Of a DNA stretch of 64,000 nt, positions 30,013-38,854 are shown piece by piece (position 1 is the stretch's first letter; each line of letters opens with the position of its first letter). Source of the DNA: Candidatus Omnitrophota bacterium (GTDB lineage: Bacteria > Omnitrophota > Gorgyraeia > 2-01-FULL-45-10); NCBI GenBank assembly GCA_028699255.1, contig JAQVUX010000007.1, positions 24,670 to 88,669 of the forward strand, in the 5' to 3' direction. Below the pieces are notes generated by a model. It did not search any database. It was not told the origin of the DNA and worked only from the letters and a program-made list of their open reading frames with translations. Made by a program: the position numbers and the translations under genes.

Positions 30013-31007
30013 ATTCTCGGCAATTGCTCGCCCGACAGCATCCCGACAAGCCGTTTGCCGCCGGCAGAAGTCCTCAATAAAACCTTGCCTTTGTTTTCCC
30101 GTGTTACTTCGCCGATTATAGCCGCTTTCTTTCCGTTAACATCTTTCCGGACGGCTCCCAATACTTTGCAAGCGTCTTTTTTTGACACAACCATTATAAC
30201 CCGTCCTTCGCAGGCAAGGTACAGCGGATCAAATCCTAATAATTCGCACGCTTCTCTCACGCCTGCCGATACTGGTATCGCTTTCTCGTCGATAGCTACT
30301 CCAAAACTACGGCGCTCAACCATCTCGTTTAATGTCGTGGCAACGCCTCCCCTCGTCGGGTCTCTCATGAACCTGATGCCTTTCGAAATTGCAAGCGCAC
30401 GGGCTATAAGCGCGTTCAGTGCGGATGAATCGCTTTTTACCTTCGTCTTGAAATCTATACTCTCCCTGGAGGCCATGACGCTTATCGCATGCTCGCCGAT
30501 GGAGCCATTTACTATTATCGCGTCCCCCGGCCTTATCTCGTCGAGCGATAAACCATCATAATATATTTCGCCGACACCGGAGGTATTGATAAATATCTTA
30601 TCGCAACTTCCGCGCTCTACGACCTTTGTATCACCGGTTACTATCGTAACCCGCGCGCGCTTTGCGGCATCCTTCGCGCCGGAGACTATCTTTTCCAGAA
30701 TATTTCTGTCGAGGCCTTCTTCTATTATAAGCGCCAGAGACAAATAAAGCGGCCGCGCGCCGCATACCGCGAGGTCATTGACGGTGCCATACACTGCGAG
30801 GCGTCCGATGTCGCCCCCCGGAAAGAATATCGGGCTGACGACATAAGAGTCGGTCGTGAAAGCTACCTTCGACCTGCCGATATCGAATACGGCGGAATCT
30901 TTTTTCCGCCGCAATATTGCGTTATCAAATTCTTTCATGAAGAGCGAGTCGATGAGTTTATGCATCAAAGTCCCGCCGCTTCCATGTGCCAATGTTATCT
31001 TTTCCAT
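30006..31007 (-). CDS. hypE: hydrogenase maturation carbamoyl dehydratase HypE
   Basis: AIR-synthase-related fold; 'AHGSGG' N-terminus and C-terminal '...LPRIC' invariant Cys. Start taken at 'MEKITLAHGSGG'. Confidence 0.85.
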   Translation of the reverse strand: MEKITLAHGSGGTLMHKLIDSLFMKEFDNAILRRKKDSAVFDIGRSKVAFTTDSYVVSPIFFPGGDIGRLAVYGTVNDLAVCGARPLYLSLALIIEEGLDRNILEKIVSGAKDAAKRARVTIVTGDTKVVERGSCDKIFINTSGVGEIYYDGLSLDEIRPGDAIIVNGSIGEHAISVMASRESIDFKTKVKSDSSALNALIARALAISKGIRFMRDPTRGGVATTLNEMVERRSFGVAIDEKAIPVSAGVREACELLGFDPLYLACEGRVIMVVSKKDACKVLGAVRKDVNGKKAAIIGEVTRENKGKVLLRTSAGGKRLVGMLSGEQLPRIC

Positions 31008-31014
31008 AACTTTT

Positions 31015-32094
31015 TCACCTTCCAGCGTACTTATAATACGCCGCGCAAGTTCCTTCACTCGAAACCATGCAGGCTCCGACAGGATGTTCCGGATCACAAA
31101 GTTTGCCGAAGAGCTTGCATTCCGGCGGAGCCTTAACGCCTTTTATGACATCCCCGCAGATACACGCCCTGTTTTCTTTTGGCTTCGATATCTTCGGAAT
31201 GAATTTTTTATCCGTATCGAAATCCGAAAACTCTTTCCGTATTTTAAGCCCGCTCTTTTTTATAGCGCCTATGCCGCGCCACACCGAGGGATATTCTTCA
31301 AAGACCTTCTTCATGCTTTCCCGGGCGAGCGCGTTGCCATTTTTATTCATCATCCGCGTATATTGTATCTCGACCTTCGGCGTACGCTGTTTCACAAGCA
31401 TAAGTATCGCCTGCAAAATATCGAGCGGCTCAAAACCCGCCACAACGCACCGCTTATTCCGCCGCGGCAGGAATAAGTATGGCGTTATTCCTATTATAAC
31501 GCTGACATGCCCGGGGAGCAAGAATCCGTCGATATTGAGCCGGGGGTCTTCCGTCAGCGTCTTCAACGCCTCCGGCATCGTCTTATGTCCGCATAACACG
31601 GAGAAATTCTTAACCTTGTTCTTTCTGGCCGCAATAATGGACTGCGCTACCGTAGGCGCGGTCGTCTCGAAACCAACCCCAAGAAAAACGATCTCTTTGC
31701 CGGGGTTTTTCTTCGCGAGATCGAGCGCGTCGATACCGGAATACACCATCCGCACGTCCGCGCCGCGCGCCCTCTCCTTCTCAAGCGAGGAATAAGAGCC
31801 CGGCACCTTGAGCATATCGCCGAATGTTGTAATTATCATGTTTTTCCGGGCGGATAATGCTATCGCCTTATCGATAAATTCGTTCGGCGTAACACACACC
31901 GGGCATCCGGGGCCCGAGATCAGGTTTATATTGTCAGGCAACAGATCTTTCAGTCCGAAGCGGAATATGGAAACGGTATGCGTGCCGCAAACTTCCATAA
32001 AATTATACTGCCTGTTCACCTCCACTGACCTGCGTATCTCGGAGGCGACCTTATCTATAAGCTTTTTATTCCTGAATTCGTCAATGTATTTCAT
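31015..32094 (-). CDS. hypD: hydrogenase maturation protein HypD
   Basis: 359 aa; 'CGTHT', 'GPGCPVC' and C-terminal 'CxxC' HypD motifs. Confidence 0.85.
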   Translation of the reverse strand: MKYIDEFRNKKLIDKVASEIRRSVEVNRQYNFMEVCGTHTVSIFRFGLKDLLPDNINLISGPGCPVCVTPNEFIDKAIALSARKNMIITTFGDMLKVPGSYSSLEKERARGADVRMVYSGIDALDLAKKNPGKEIVFLGVGFETTAPTVAQSIIAARKNKVKNFSVLCGHKTMPEALKTLTEDPRLNIDGFLLPGHVSVIIGITPYLFLPRRNKRCVVAGFEPLDILQAILMLVKQRTPKVEIQYTRMMNKNGNALARESMKKVFEEYPSVWRGIGAIKKSGLKIRKEFSDFDTDKKFIPKISKPKENRACICGDVIKGVKAPPECKLFGKLCDPEHPVGACMVSSEGTCAAYYKYAGR

Positions 32095-32303
32095 ATTTTT
32101 AGATTTTTCAATGCCTTGAGGGTTTTGCGCGCCTCGGCCTCTTTCAATTTCTCGATCGCGAACCCCGCGTGCATGAGGATGTAGTCACCGACTTTTGCGG
32201 TCTTCATAAGGGTAAAGTTCGCCCGCTTCTTCAGCCCGCCCGCCTGAACGATGCCTTCATCCCCGTCGATCTTTACAACCTTCATCGGTATCCCTAAACA
32301 CAT
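32091..32303 (-). CDS. hypC: hydrogenase maturation chaperone HypC
   Basis: 70 aa beginning 'MCLGIP'. Confidence 0.85.
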   Translation of the reverse strand: MCLGIPMKVVKIDGDEGIVQAGGLKKRANFTLMKTAKVGDYILMHAGFAIEKLKEAEARKTLKALKNLKI

Positions 32304-33418
32304 ATCGGCCTCTCGTTCGCGATGGCAATCTGCCCGAGCGGTATGCCGGAATCGTCGGTCGATACCTGCGAATTCACATACACCTTAAGGCCTGCAGAGC
32401 TTAAAAGACCGGAGGCTCTCGCCGTAAGGTACTTATTCCGGAATACGCCGCCGCTCAAAACCACCCGGCCCGTTTTAAGCTTACGGCTTAATTTTAAAGA
32501 TACTTTAGTTACAATATCCGCCATAGCATTATGAAATTTACACGCGATCACAGCTTTACCTTTTTTTCCTTTTCTGTTTTTCCGTAGGTCCTTTATAACC
32601 CCTTTTATTACCGGCGCGGTGCCTATTATAAGCATCCCGCCTTTATCCTTAATATCAAACTCATAACTTCCGGAACTTTGGCCGGATACAAGCCGTTCCA
32701 ATTCTACCGGGAGTTGCGCATCTTTCGTGATAACATCCTTCTCCAGTATAATATTCCCTACGGCATCAAACAATCTGCCTGCGCTGGATGTAAACGGCGA
32801 GTTTATGCCTTTATCAATCATCGTCTTCAATACAGCCAGCTCATCCCGCCGCCACCTTCGCGCTGAAACAGGCAGGCGGTTACCAAATGCATGATACATA
32901 TAACTTACTGCCATGCGCCATGGCTGTCTTATCGCCTTTTCTCCTCCCGGCATCGGTATATATTCAAAATGCGCGGCCCTCGTAAAACCTTTCAGGCTTC
33001 CGACAAAAAATTCACCGCCCCAAATATTACCGTCGGAGCCATAACCGGTGCCGTCGAACGCCACGCCGACGACATCACCTTTAATATCGTTATCGGCGAT
33101 CGCGGAAGCGATATGGGCCTCGTGATGCTGTACGGGATATAGAGCCCCGGATTCAGAATAGTTCTCCGCAAACCGGTTCGAAAAATAACCGGGATGCAGG
33201 TCATGCGCGATAATCTGAGGCTTTATCCCAAGCTCTTTTTGGCATTTTTTAACAGCGTCTTCGTATCTTGTAAAATTATCCGGATTCGCCATGTCGCCAA
33301 AACCTTCGGCGAGAAAAGCCTCGCGGCCTCTTGCAAACGCAAACGCGCCCTTCATATCCGCCCCGCATGACAGGATCGGCCTTTTAATTTTGAATGGAAG
33401 AGATATCCGTCGGATCAT
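32294..33418 (-). CDS. hypF: HypF-like carbamoyltransferase, Kae1-like C-terminal domain only (N-terminal acylphosphatase/Zn-finger/YrdC domains absent)
   Basis: 374 aa; 'VQHHEAHIASA' and 'GVAFDGTGYGSDGNIWGGEF' match the HypF Kae1-like domain; upstream neighbour is pdaD, not further hypF sequence. Confidence 0.65.
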   Translation of the reverse strand: MIRRISLPFKIKRPILSCGADMKGAFAFARGREAFLAEGFGDMANPDNFTRYEDAVKKCQKELGIKPQIIAHDLHPGYFSNRFAENYSESGALYPVQHHEAHIASAIADNDIKGDVVGVAFDGTGYGSDGNIWGGEFFVGSLKGFTRAAHFEYIPMPGGEKAIRQPWRMAVSYMYHAFGNRLPVSARRWRRDELAVLKTMIDKGINSPFTSSAGRLFDAVGNIILEKDVITKDAQLPVELERLVSGQSSGSYEFDIKDKGGMLIIGTAPVIKGVIKDLRKNRKGKKGKAVIACKFHNAMADIVTKVSLKLSRKLKTGRVVLSGGVFRNKYLTARASGLLSSAGLKVYVNSQVSTDDSGIPLGQIAIANERPICV

Positions 33419-33462
33419 ATTGAGAATATTATAGTTTCGAAACGCCCGCCTTAAATCAAAAA

Positions 33463-34032
33463 TCAGAATAGGAATACGGCCGCCGCGACCACGGTGGAAT
33501 AGTTGCCTTCCGGGCCTACGACAGCGGATTGGGTGGTATTAGACGTGCGGATTATTTTGTCGCTTAATTGATATATCGCCTTATTCTCGTCCCACGATTT
33601 ATCCTCATCGAATTCGAGCCCAAGCGTGGACGCCAACATTTCTACGGCGAGATCTTCGGCAAGATCGCCTGCGACTTTTTCATTTTGGCCGAAGGAGTGA
33701 TGCTCGCTCAAGTAGCCGTACGCCTGTCGGTCCGCGGGAACCGCGCAACCGATCGATGCCGCGATAAGCCTGTGAGGCTCGTTGCCGCAACATCGCGACA
33801 TGACAGCGTAAGTTATCATACCCGGGTAGAGTTCTTTTAACCCTTCGTTTTTCGATATAACCTTGCATTCGGGCGGCAATATGCTTGAAACATGGACAAG
33901 ATTGCACTTTTCAATACCCGCATCGCGCAAAGCAAGCTCAAAGCTCCGCAATTCCGCCTTATGGACACCGACGCCTTTGGTGAAGAACATTTTTTTCGGC
34001 ACTAACAGGTTTTTTCTCGGAACGAGCAGCAT
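33463..34032 (-). CDS. pdaD: pyruvoyl-dependent arginine decarboxylase
   Basis: '[12 protein letters not shown]' self-cleavage Ser-Ser site region as in PdaD; agmatinase gene adjacent. Confidence 0.65.
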   Translation of the reverse strand: MLLVPRKNLLVPKKMFFTKGVGVHKAELRSFELALRDAGIEKCNLVHVSSILPPECKVISKNEGLKELYPGMITYAVMSRCCGNEPHRLIAASIGCAVPADRQAYGYLSEHHSFGQNEKVAGDLAEDLAVEMLASTLGLEFDEDKSWDENKAIYQLSDKIIRTSNTTQSAVVGPEGNYSTVVAAAVFLF

Positions 34033-34044
34033 CTTTAGTCCTCT

Positions 34045-34929
34045 CTATTTCTTTCCCGCGAATACATAGCCCAGCAGTTTATAGATAAGTTTCGCCGCCA
34101 GGAAGTCGGACGCTATCTGGTCTTTTATCGGACAGAGCTCGACGACATCAAACCCCACTATCCGCCTGTCTCTGGATACATCCCTCAAAAGATCGAGTGT
34201 CTCATACCAGCCGATCCCGCCCGGTTCCGGCGTGCCGACGGCCGGGACTATCGCCGGATCGAATACATCGAGATCTATCGACACATATACATCCTCGCTT
34301 AAAGAATTCGTCGTCTTATCTTTCCACATTGGCGTATCGAGTATATCGTATACGCTTATAGACTTTATCCGGCCGCCAGCCTGAGACGAAGAGAGGAAAT
34401 CCTTCTCTTCCTTCGACATACTGCGGATGCCGACCTGGACGATCGGGCACATTTCGCTTATACGGCGCGCAACGCATCCGTGGTTTAATTTTGAATTGAA
34501 GTATTCGTCCCTCATATCATAATGCGCGTCAAGGTGAAGGACGGATATATTCGGATATACCTCCTTGAAAGCCTTAACCGCGCCTATAGACACCGAGTGC
34601 TCTCCGCCCAACATTACAGGGAACTTGCCCGCTCTCAGAAGCTCCTGCATAGCGGCGCAAACTTTATCGACCATCTCCTGCGAAGCCAAATTTCCTACAT
34701 TAAGCTCATCCATCGTATGGATGCCTATCTTAAACACCTCCTGATTCAGCTCGTCGTCATACAGCTCGAGATACTTGGAAGCGTCGATTATGGCGGAAGG
34801 CCCTTTCGCGGTGCCGTGTATATAGGTAGTCGTCTTGTCGTAAGGCGCCTGCACTATGACGGCTTTGGCTCTCTTATAACTTGCGTACTCATCGGGAAGG
34901 GCTGTAAAATTTTTAGTCTTTTCGCTCAT
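34045..34929 (-). CDS. speB: agmatinase (ureohydrolase family)
   Basis: 294 aa; 'GGEHS', 'DAHYD' and 'SIDLDVFDP' Mn-binding motifs. Confidence 0.75.
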   Translation of the reverse strand: MSEKTKNFTALPDEYASYKRAKAVIVQAPYDKTTTYIHGTAKGPSAIIDASKYLELYDDELNQEVFKIGIHTMDELNVGNLASQEMVDKVCAAMQELLRAGKFPVMLGGEHSVSIGAVKAFKEVYPNISVLHLDAHYDMRDEYFNSKLNHGCVARRISEMCPIVQVGIRSMSKEEKDFLSSSQAGGRIKSISVYDILDTPMWKDKTTNSLSEDVYVSIDLDVFDPAIVPAVGTPEPGGIGWYETLDLLRDVSRDRRIVGFDVVELCPIKDQIASDFLAAKLIYKLLGYVFAGKK

Positions 34930-35924
34930 CGTTTAAGTTTTTTCGAAACCTCTTTTGTCATTTTAAAAATATCCACCGCGGTCCTCTCATTAAGAGTGCC
35001 AACCCCGCAGGACGGAGTAATCATAGATGAAACGGACAGTATGGCTCCGGCGCTCTCCAGCCTTCCTGCAAGCTTTTCCGGCGACTCTTTCGCAACCGCA
35101 TCCGAGGTCGGCACAACCCCCCAGGCGATCGTCCCGCCGCGGGACTGAAACTCTTCCAGCTCACGGCGATACAGCAGGAACTCTCTGGTAAAATTATAGG
35201 CGTCGAAGCTTATTATGTCAACGCCGCTTTTCAAAAGAAGCGGCCAATCCGTATTGCCACAGCAATGCAGGCCGCACAGGGCCCCTTCGTCTTTTATAGC
35301 CGTTATAAGTTCGGTAAGCCTCTCGATGGCATCGCCGGCATTTATATTAACGTAACTTGAGCCGAGCGATACCAGCGACGGCTCGTCTATAAAAATAATA
35401 ACCCCGGACGAGAACGCTTTCAGCTTCCTTATCTGCCATCTGGCCTTCATCGCGAGGACTTTGGTCAATACCTCAAATAGGTCTTTATCATAAAGCACCG
35501 CGCGTTTATCTAAATCTGTGAGAGAAAGCGCGTAACTGACCGGCCCTACCGTCTGGCCTTTTAAAAATTTCACGCCTTCGGGCAAGCTCTGCGCCATACG
35601 GAGAAAAGCGTAAAAACCTTTCGCATAATCTTCCGATATCTTAAAATATTCTACGTCGCAGGCTAAGTATTTTTCGTATACGCTTTCGATCTCGGCAGAG
35701 GCTTTCGCGGCGTTCACATTTATCGTTCGCTTCTTCTCATCGAGAACTATCCCCGGCAGGCCCTCGGAGAACTGGACATACATGTTCTCTAAGAATGATG
35801 TCCGCACCATCTGCGGCCAGAATGGTATCGCAGGGAAGTTATCAAAGATTATCCCGCATGCCGCCTGAGGGTCGCTAAATGGTACGGAACCTACACCTGT
35901 CGCGTCAAAATTGAATTTCGTCAA
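34926..35924 (-). CDS. cobalamin-independent methionine synthase-like (short MetE C-terminal-domain family) / Zn methyltransferase
   Basis: 332 aa; 'IIFIDEPSLV' and 'GLHCCGN' resemble MetE substrate and Zn-binding motifs. Confidence 0.4.
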   Translation of the reverse strand: MTKFNFDATGVGSVPFSDPQAACGIIFDNFPAIPFWPQMVRTSFLENMYVQFSEGLPGIVLDEKKRTINVNAAKASAEIESVYEKYLACDVEYFKISEDYAKGFYAFLRMAQSLPEGVKFLKGQTVGPVSYALSLTDLDKRAVLYDKDLFEVLTKVLAMKARWQIRKLKAFSSGVIIFIDEPSLVSLGSSYVNINAGDAIERLTELITAIKDEGALCGLHCCGNTDWPLLLKSGVDIISFDAYNFTREFLLYRRELEEFQSRGGTIAWGVVPTSDAVAKESPEKLAGRLESAGAILSVSSMITPSCGVGTLNERTAVDIFKMTKEVSKKLKR

Positions 35925-35942
35925 AACTTTCCCTCGAAATTT

Positions 35943-36485
35943 TTACTTTAGATACGCCTTGATAATTTTCTGCTCGGCTACAGGCTTGTCGCCCGCGCCC
36001 GTCGGCATATTCTCGATCTTCTCTACGACATCGTAGCCTGATGTGACTTCGCCAAATATCGTATGGCGTTTTTCAAGCCATGGCGTCGGGGCAACTGTGA
36101 TAAAGAACTGACTGCCGTTTGTATCGGGTCCTCTATTCGCCATTGCGAGGATACCCTTCTTATTAAATGTAACGCCATCTTTGAACTCGTCGGCAAACGT
36201 CCCGCCCGATGCGGAATCCCCGCCGCGGCCGGTACCCGTGGGATCACCACCCTGGATCATGAACCCTTTTATAACCCTGTGAAATATCGTTCCATTGTAA
36301 TAACCCTTTTCTACAAGCGCTTTGAAATTTTCACATGCCTTAGGCGCTGTTTCAGGCATAAGTTTTATTTCTATATTACCCTGCGTCGTTTCCAACACTA
36401 CCGTATTTTTCTCCATACAGAAAACCCCTTTCGCAAAAACGCTTACCAGTAATAACGCCAAAATAACCGTAAACAGATTTCTCAT
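35943..36485 (-). CDS. cyclophilin-type peptidyl-prolyl cis-trans isomerase, secreted
   Basis: 'FHRVIKGFMIQGGDPTGTG' cyclophilin signature. Start taken at 'MRNLFTVILALLL' (signal peptide), preceded by a GGAGG RBS. Confidence 0.8.
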   Translation of the reverse strand: MRNLFTVILALLLVSVFAKGVFCMEKNTVVLETTQGNIEIKLMPETAPKACENFKALVEKGYYNGTIFHRVIKGFMIQGGDPTGTGRGGDSASGGTFADEFKDGVTFNKKGILAMANRGPDTNGSQFFITVAPTPWLEKRHTIFGEVTSGYDVVEKIENMPTGAGDKPVAEQKIIKAYLK

Positions 36486-36504
36486 GACGCTCCTCCATCT
36501 TTCT

Positions 36505-36675
36505 TTAAAATTGTCTCGTAACGCGCCCGACTCCGATATCATCGATCCCCGCGGTCGTGTCCTTACTTATCTCAAGGCCGCCTTCTTTCAGCGGTAAATT
36601 GGCGCACCCGGCAAGAATAACACACACCGATATCGCAAAGATCGCCACAAATATCGCGGAACTCGGACGCGCCAT
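36505..36675 (-). CDS. small putative lipoprotein (56 aa), absent from the ORF track
   Basis: 'MARPSSAIFVAIFAISVCVILAGC' signal peptide with lipobox; ATG directly follows the dCMP deaminase stop. Confidence 0.35.
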   Translation of the reverse strand: MARPSSAIFVAIFAISVCVILAGCANLPLKEGGLEISKDTTAGIDDIGVGRVTRQF

Positions 36676-37137
36676 CTAAACGGTTCTCACTTTCACCTTT
36701 GCTTCACGCAACATCTCTTTCGCCATCCTGTCCGGATAGTCGCCTTTTATCACCACTTCGGTAATGCCGGCGTTTATTATCATCTTGGCGCAGATAACGC
36801 ACGGCTGTGTAGTTGAATAAAGCGATGCGCCTTTAAGACTCGTTCCGTGCAATGCCGCCTGCAGGAACGCATTCTGCTCGCCGTGAAGCCCGCGGCAGAG
36901 TTCATGGCGCTCGCCGGACGGGATATTGAGTTTCTGGCGGATGCATCCGACTTCCTCGCAATGGCGTATCCTCGACGGCGCGCCGTTATATCCGGTCGCC
37001 AGTATCCGCTTATCTTTCACGAGAACCGCGCCTACGTTACGCCGAAGGCATGTCGAACGCCGTGAAATAAGTTCCGCGATCCCGATAAAATACTCATCCC
37101 AACTCGGTCTTTTTTTGTCGGCCTGTGTTTTTTTCAC
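36676..37137 (-). CDS. dCMP deaminase (cytidine/deoxycytidylate deaminase family)
   Basis: 153 aa; 'HGEQNA' and 'PCVICAKMI' zinc motifs. Confidence 0.8.
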   Translation of the reverse strand: MKKTQADKKRPSWDEYFIGIAELISRRSTCLRRNVGAVLVKDKRILATGYNGAPSRIRHCEEVGCIRQKLNIPSGERHELCRGLHGEQNAFLQAALHGTSLKGASLYSTTQPCVICAKMIINAGITEVVIKGDYPDRMAKEMLREAKVKVRTV

Positions 37138-38396
37138 TATTTTACGAGCCTCCGTATCAGATTTTTATATAACGGAAATTTTTTGGTCAACCTTCCGACT
37201 TCCGTCTTGACGCCTTTTAATTTCTTAGTATTCGAAGGATCGCTTAACACCTCATCGATAAGCACAGCGATGCGGCGCATCTCGCTCTCTTTCATGCCGC
37301 GTGTCGTAACCGCCGGGGTTCCTATGCGTATACCGCTTGCCACAAACGGCGGTTTCGGATCGAACGGTATCAGGTTTTTATTTACCGTTATCCCGACCGT
37401 ATCCAGTACGGAAGCGGCTTCCTTGCCTGTTATATTCCTGGCTGTAAGATCGACTAAAAACAGATGCGTGTCGGTCCCGCCGGCCACTATCCTGTAACCG
37501 AGCCTGGAAAGCTCGTCGGAAAACGCTTTCGCGTTCTTAAGTATCTGCTTCTGATATACCTTGAATTGAGGGGCAAGCGCTTCTTTGAAACATACCGCCT
37601 TGGCGGCGACGATGTGCATGAGCGGCCCGCCCTGCAAACCGGGGAATATCCCCATATCTATGTTCTTGGCAAATTCTTTCCTGCACATTATGAACCCGCC
37701 GCGGGGCCCTCTCATCGTCTTGTGCGTCGTCGACGTAACGAATTGCGCATATGGTACCGGGCTCTGGTGAAGGCCGGAGGCGACGAGTCCCGCTATATGC
37801 GCAATATCGACGAAAAGATACGCGCCTACAGAATCGGCTATCTCCTTAAATCGTTTAAAATCGATCGATCTCGGATAAGCGGACGCTCCGGCGAGTATCA
37901 TTTTAGGCTTCGATGCTTCTGCGATACGGGCGATCTCGTCATAATCCAGCATTTCGGTTTCATGGCTTAAGCCGTACGGCACCATATTGTAAAATTTACC
38001 CGAGAAATTATGCGGATTTCCATGCGAAAGATGCCCTCCGCAGGCAAGGTCCATCGCCATGACGGTATCGCCGAGTTTCACCGCCGCGAAATATACGGCC
38101 ATATTCGCCTGAGTACCGGAATGCGGCTGAACGTTCACGTGTTCCGCTCCGAAAAGTTTTTTGGCGCGATCTATCGCTATCTCTTCGGCAATATCGACAT
38201 TGTGACAACCGTTATACCAGCGCGCATTAGGATATCCTTCGGCGTATTTATTCGTAAGGCACGAGCCCTGCGCTTCGAGCACCTCTTCGGAGACGAAGTT
38301 TTCGCTCGCTATAAGCTCAATATTATCATTCTCCCTCTTCGTCTCGTCGAGAATTGCCCTGTATATTGCCGGATCTTTCTTCTTCAAATTACCCAT
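37137..38396 (-). CDS. glyA: serine hydroxymethyltransferase
   Basis: 419 aa; PLP-lysine region '[12 protein letters not shown]'. Confidence 0.9.
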   Translation of the reverse strand: MGNLKKKDPAIYRAILDETKRENDNIELIASENFVSEEVLEAQGSCLTNKYAEGYPNARWYNGCHNVDIAEEIAIDRAKKLFGAEHVNVQPHSGTQANMAVYFAAVKLGDTVMAMDLACGGHLSHGNPHNFSGKFYNMVPYGLSHETEMLDYDEIARIAEASKPKMILAGASAYPRSIDFKRFKEIADSVGAYLFVDIAHIAGLVASGLHQSPVPYAQFVTSTTHKTMRGPRGGFIMCRKEFAKNIDMGIFPGLQGGPLMHIVAAKAVCFKEALAPQFKVYQKQILKNAKAFSDELSRLGYRIVAGGTDTHLFLVDLTARNITGKEAASVLDTVGITVNKNLIPFDPKPPFVASGIRIGTPAVTTRGMKESEMRRIAVLIDEVLSDPSNTKKLKGVKTEVGRLTKKFPLYKNLIRRLVK

Positions 38397-38404
38397 ACTA
38401 CCCC

Positions 38405-38854
38405 CTATTTCAACTTCGCCTCTATCTCTTTTATCTGTTTTACGCGTCTTTCATGGCGATCACCCGCGGCCTCAGTTGTGAGCCATATCTTCAGTATCTC
38501 TTTTGCCTTGGCCGCATTCGTGTAACTTGCCGCAAGCACCAGGACATTGCAGTCATTATGCTCCCGCGACGACTTCGCCATGGCTTTATCGTAACACGCC
38601 GCCGCGCGCACACCGTGCACCTTATTAGCGATTATAGCCATGCCGACGCCTGTCTTGCAGATCAGTACCCCTCTTTCGGCCTTGCCTGCGGAAACGGCCT
38701 TAGCCACCTCGAATCCTATCATGGGATAGTCGCAGGAATCTTTCGAATGCGTTCCCATGTCTTTTACTTCGTATTTTTTATCCGTTAAAAATTTTATAAT
38801 CTTCTCTTTGAGTTCGTATCCGCCGTGATCGCTTCCTATGGCAATTTTTTTCAT
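38405..38854 (-). CDS. rpiB: ribose-5-phosphate isomerase B
   Basis: '[12 protein letters not shown]' RpiB/LacAB N-terminus; start moved to this Met. Confidence 0.8.
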   Translation of the reverse strand: MKKIAIGSDHGGYELKEKIIKFLTDKKYEVKDMGTHSKDSCDYPMIGFEVAKAVSAGKAERGVLICKTGVGMAIIANKVHGVRAAACYDKAMAKSSREHNDCNVLVLAASYTNAAKAKEILKIWLTTEAAGDRHERRVKQIKEIEAKLK

